NCBI GenBank assembly: GCA_031256725.1
Contig: JAIRQE010000004.1
Location: forward strand, 60,001 to 92,000
Direction of reading: 5' to 3'
Source: Propionibacteriaceae bacterium
GTDB taxonomy: Bacteria; Actinomycetota; Actinomycetes; Propionibacteriales; Propionibacteriaceae
DNA length: 32,000 nucleotides
Every line of letters begins with the position of its first letter. Position 1 is the first letter of the stretch. The notes under the pieces are model-generated. The model was given only the letters and a program-made list of their open reading frames with translations. It was not told where the DNA came from and did not search any database. Of the stretch, positions 30,287 to 32,000 are shown piece after piece. The position numbers and the translations under genes are program-made.

Positions 30287-31171
30287 TCAGGGCGCGATCT
30301 CGCCTAGAGAGTCCGCCTCAGCGCGATCAACAGTTATCGGACCAGATCCACCCACGTCATCAGAATAATCTTCTGTCCCCTTGCGGTGCTTCAAAGCCCA
30401 GACAAACACTACAACACCAACCATACCTGCAACCAGGGTAGTCCAGCTATTGATCCGCAGCCCTGCTATCACATGTACAGGATCGATGCGGAACAGTTCG
30501 ACCCAAAATCTTCCCAAGGCATACATAATGATGTACAGGCTGAATATCATTCCACTGCCTATACGTAGTTTGCGGCTAAGGATCAGAAGTAGAGCTGCCC
30601 CCGCAAAATTCCACAACATTTCGTACAAGAAAGTCGGATGGAAAGTGGCGTACTGTTCAAAACCAGCAACCCGATGTACCTTATCGATCTCCAAGGCCCA
30701 TGGAAGAGTTGTGGGGAGCCCATATAATTCTTGGTTCCACCAATTACCTAAACGTCCGATTCCTTGAGCAATCAAGAACCCGGGGGCGACACAATCAGCG
30801 ACCTTAAGAAAAGAGATCTTGTATCGACGGCAAAGTACCAAAGCGGTCAAGAATCCAAGGGTGATCCCACCCCAGATCCCTAGTCCTCCCTGCCAGACAT
30901 AGAAGATATGGTACCACGTTCCATTTTCACCGAAGTACCGAGGCCATTCAATGAGGACCCAATAGATTCGGGCACCAATGATCCCCGTGAGGATCGACGC
31001 AAAGATGAGGTTCTCAAAATGTTCCGTATCCCCGCCTGTCGTCTTCCATCGTCTGCGTGACAAGACGAAGGCAACGATGATCCCAATCAGGATAGAGATG
31101 GCGTATCCACGAATAGGTATCGGGCCAAGGTACCAGACCCCATGTGCGGGACTAGGGATGAATAGCGGCAT
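30287..31171 (-). CDS. lgt: Phosphatidylglycerol:prolipoprotein diacylglyceryl transferase
   Basis: The start is set at the ATG at 31171 ([24 protein letters not shown]), preceded by GAGGAGG. The conserved motif [13 protein letters not shown] is present. The ORF is open to 31255, but the extension lies inside hisI. Confidence 0.9.
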   Translation of the reverse strand: MPLFIPSPAHGVWYLGPIPIRGYAISILIGIIVAFVLSRRRWKTTGGDTEHFENLIFASILTGIIGARIYWVLIEWPRYFGENGTWYHIFYVWQGGLGIWGGITLGFLTALVLCRRYKISFLKVADCVAPGFLIAQGIGRLGNWWNQELYGLPTTLPWALEIDKVHRVAGFEQYATFHPTFLYEMLWNFAGAALLLILSRKLRIGSGMIFSLYIIMYALGRFWVELFRIDPVHVIAGLRINSWTTLVAGMVGVVVFVWALKHRKGTEDYSDDVGGSGPITVDRAEADSLGEIAP

Positions 31172-31505
31172 GATCCTCCTCGGCCAACATGGGTGGGTAG
31201 ACATCAAAACAGGATTGCTCTTCAGTGTGGCAGGCAGGACCCACCTGATCAACAATCACCAGGATCGTATCTGAGTCACAGTCCCGACGTACCTCAACAA
31301 CATGCTGGGTATGTCCTGAGGTTTCACCCTTCACCCAATATGCCTGGCGTGATCGTGACCAGTACGTTGCCTGTCGGGTCTCCATGGTACGCCTGAGTGC
31401 TTCTGCATCCATCCAGGCAAGCATGAGCACCTGTGATGTTTTTCGGTCCTGGACCACAGCAGGTACCAGACCCACATCGGAGTAATTGATCGGAAAATCC
31501 ACCAT
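31152..31505 (-). CDS. hisI: Phosphoribosyl-AMP cyclohydrolase (monofunctional HisI)
   Basis: GLVPAVVQD...[35 protein letters not shown]...GPACHT. I prefer the ATG at 31505 ([10 protein letters not shown]...), 1 nt after the mshC TGA. The GTG at 31523 and TTG at 31526 remain possible. The 3' end overlaps the lgt start by 20 nt. Confidence 0.85.
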   Translation of the reverse strand: MVDFPINYSDVGLVPAVVQDRKTSQVLMLAWMDAEALRRTMETRQATYWSRSRQAYWVKGETSGHTQHVVEVRRDCDSDTILVIVDQVGPACHTEEQSCFDVYPPMLAEEDHAAIHP

Positions 31506-31506
31506 C

Positions 31507-32000
31507 TCAGGGTATCGCAACACCAAGGAGATAGTCAGTGACCTGAGCCATATTCTCCGGTGCCCCTGCGTGATCTGTGGTGGCTGCCAGGCTGAGAGTT
31601 GACCAAGTATCGAGCACCTGAAGGGCCTGGTCTGCGTGTAGATCCTCTCTCAAATATCCTCGAATCTGAGATGCATAATCACTGAAATCTATACTTGTTG
31701 ATCCGTGGCGAGCCTGGGACCACATCTGGAGTCGATCCTCAGCTTTTTTCACTTCACTGGTAGTCCAGGTCCACTCGCTTCGATAGTGATGGGAAAGCAG
31801 GGCTACACGAATCACCATCGGATCAATGCCCTCATTTATAAGCTCGGCCACTTTGACCAGGTTCCCTTTGGACTTGCTCATCTTTTCCCCATCAAGACCA
31901 ACCATGGCCGAATGAACATAGGCATGGGCCATGGATTCCCCTGTGAGCACTCTACAGATGGAAGCACAGATTTCATGATGAGGGAAGATGAGATCTGTTC
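31507..32000 (-). CDS. mshC: Cysteine:1D-myo-inosityl-GlcN ligase MshC (CysRS paralogue), C-terminal 164 codons; the gene runs off the window end
   Basis: The frame stays open to the window edge: ...[49 protein letters not shown]... The class-I aaRS KMSKS motif is followed by only ~125 aa, and the [13 protein letters not shown] context fits MshC rather than CysS. Confidence 0.7.
   Translation of the reverse strand, partial: TDLIFPHHEICASICRVLTGESMAHAYVHSAMVGLDGEKMSKSKGNLVKVAELINEGIDPMVIRVALLSHHYRSEWTWTTSEVKKAEDRLQMWSQARHGSTSIDFSDYASQIRGYLREDLHADQALQVLDTWSTLSLAATTDHAGAPENMAQVTDYLLGVAIP

Noticed and set aside
31172-31255. 28-codon upstream extension of lgt (and similarly 2649-2684 for dapF)
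   Set aside because: The internal ATGs have strong SDs and match the family N-termini. The extensions run into upstream genes or intergenic DNA.
1-32000. Search by eye for CRISPR arrays, tRNA/rRNA genes, IS or transposase or integrase genes, toxin-antitoxin pairs and defence islands
   Set aside because: None were seen. All intergenic gaps are short (340 nt or less) and are accounted for, apart from the regions listed in the findings.

Overview
This is a gene-dense stretch (roughly 90% coding) of an actinobacterial chromosome with moderate GC (about 50-55% by eye, not computed). Almost all of it is core metabolism. All family calls rest on motifs I read in the translations; no searches were run.

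Gene content by strand:
- Minus strand, high to low coordinates: mshC (partial), hisI, lgt, gltB, gltD, dnaE, a 4-TM protein, hisD, hisC, hisB, hisH, hisA/priA, yebC. Further down: glnA2, a DUF559-type protein, glnE, an ABC-F ATPase, miaA, dapF, hflX and a DinG-like helicase (partial).
- Plus strand: glnA (GSI), a sterol-carrier-family protein, map and RNase P RNA (rnpB).

I found no CRISPR array, tRNA or rRNA gene, transposase, integrase or recognisable defence system.

The only accessory-looking locus is 10.4-11.8 kb. There, the normally adjacent glnA2-glnE pair is split by a DUF559/Vsr-fold gene. That gene is bracketed by two diverged copies of a ~140-bp element with terminal inverted repeats. 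On the minus strand each copy also carries a conserved -10-like box, a hairpin with an invariant loop and a U-tract. This element (MITE-like, sRNA-like or a duplicated terminator module) is my best candidate for something undescribed, and it is a modest one.

Secondary observations:
- a consensus GlnR box upstream of glnA
- start codons of glnE and the sterol-carrier gene only 21 nt apart, with -10-like hexamers placed for leaderless transcription
- hisI abutting lgt with no trp genes between them
- dnaE translationally coupled to a membrane protein and the his genes
- an unexplained 340-bp convergent spacer next to rnpB
- a hyper-acidic HflX N-terminal tail
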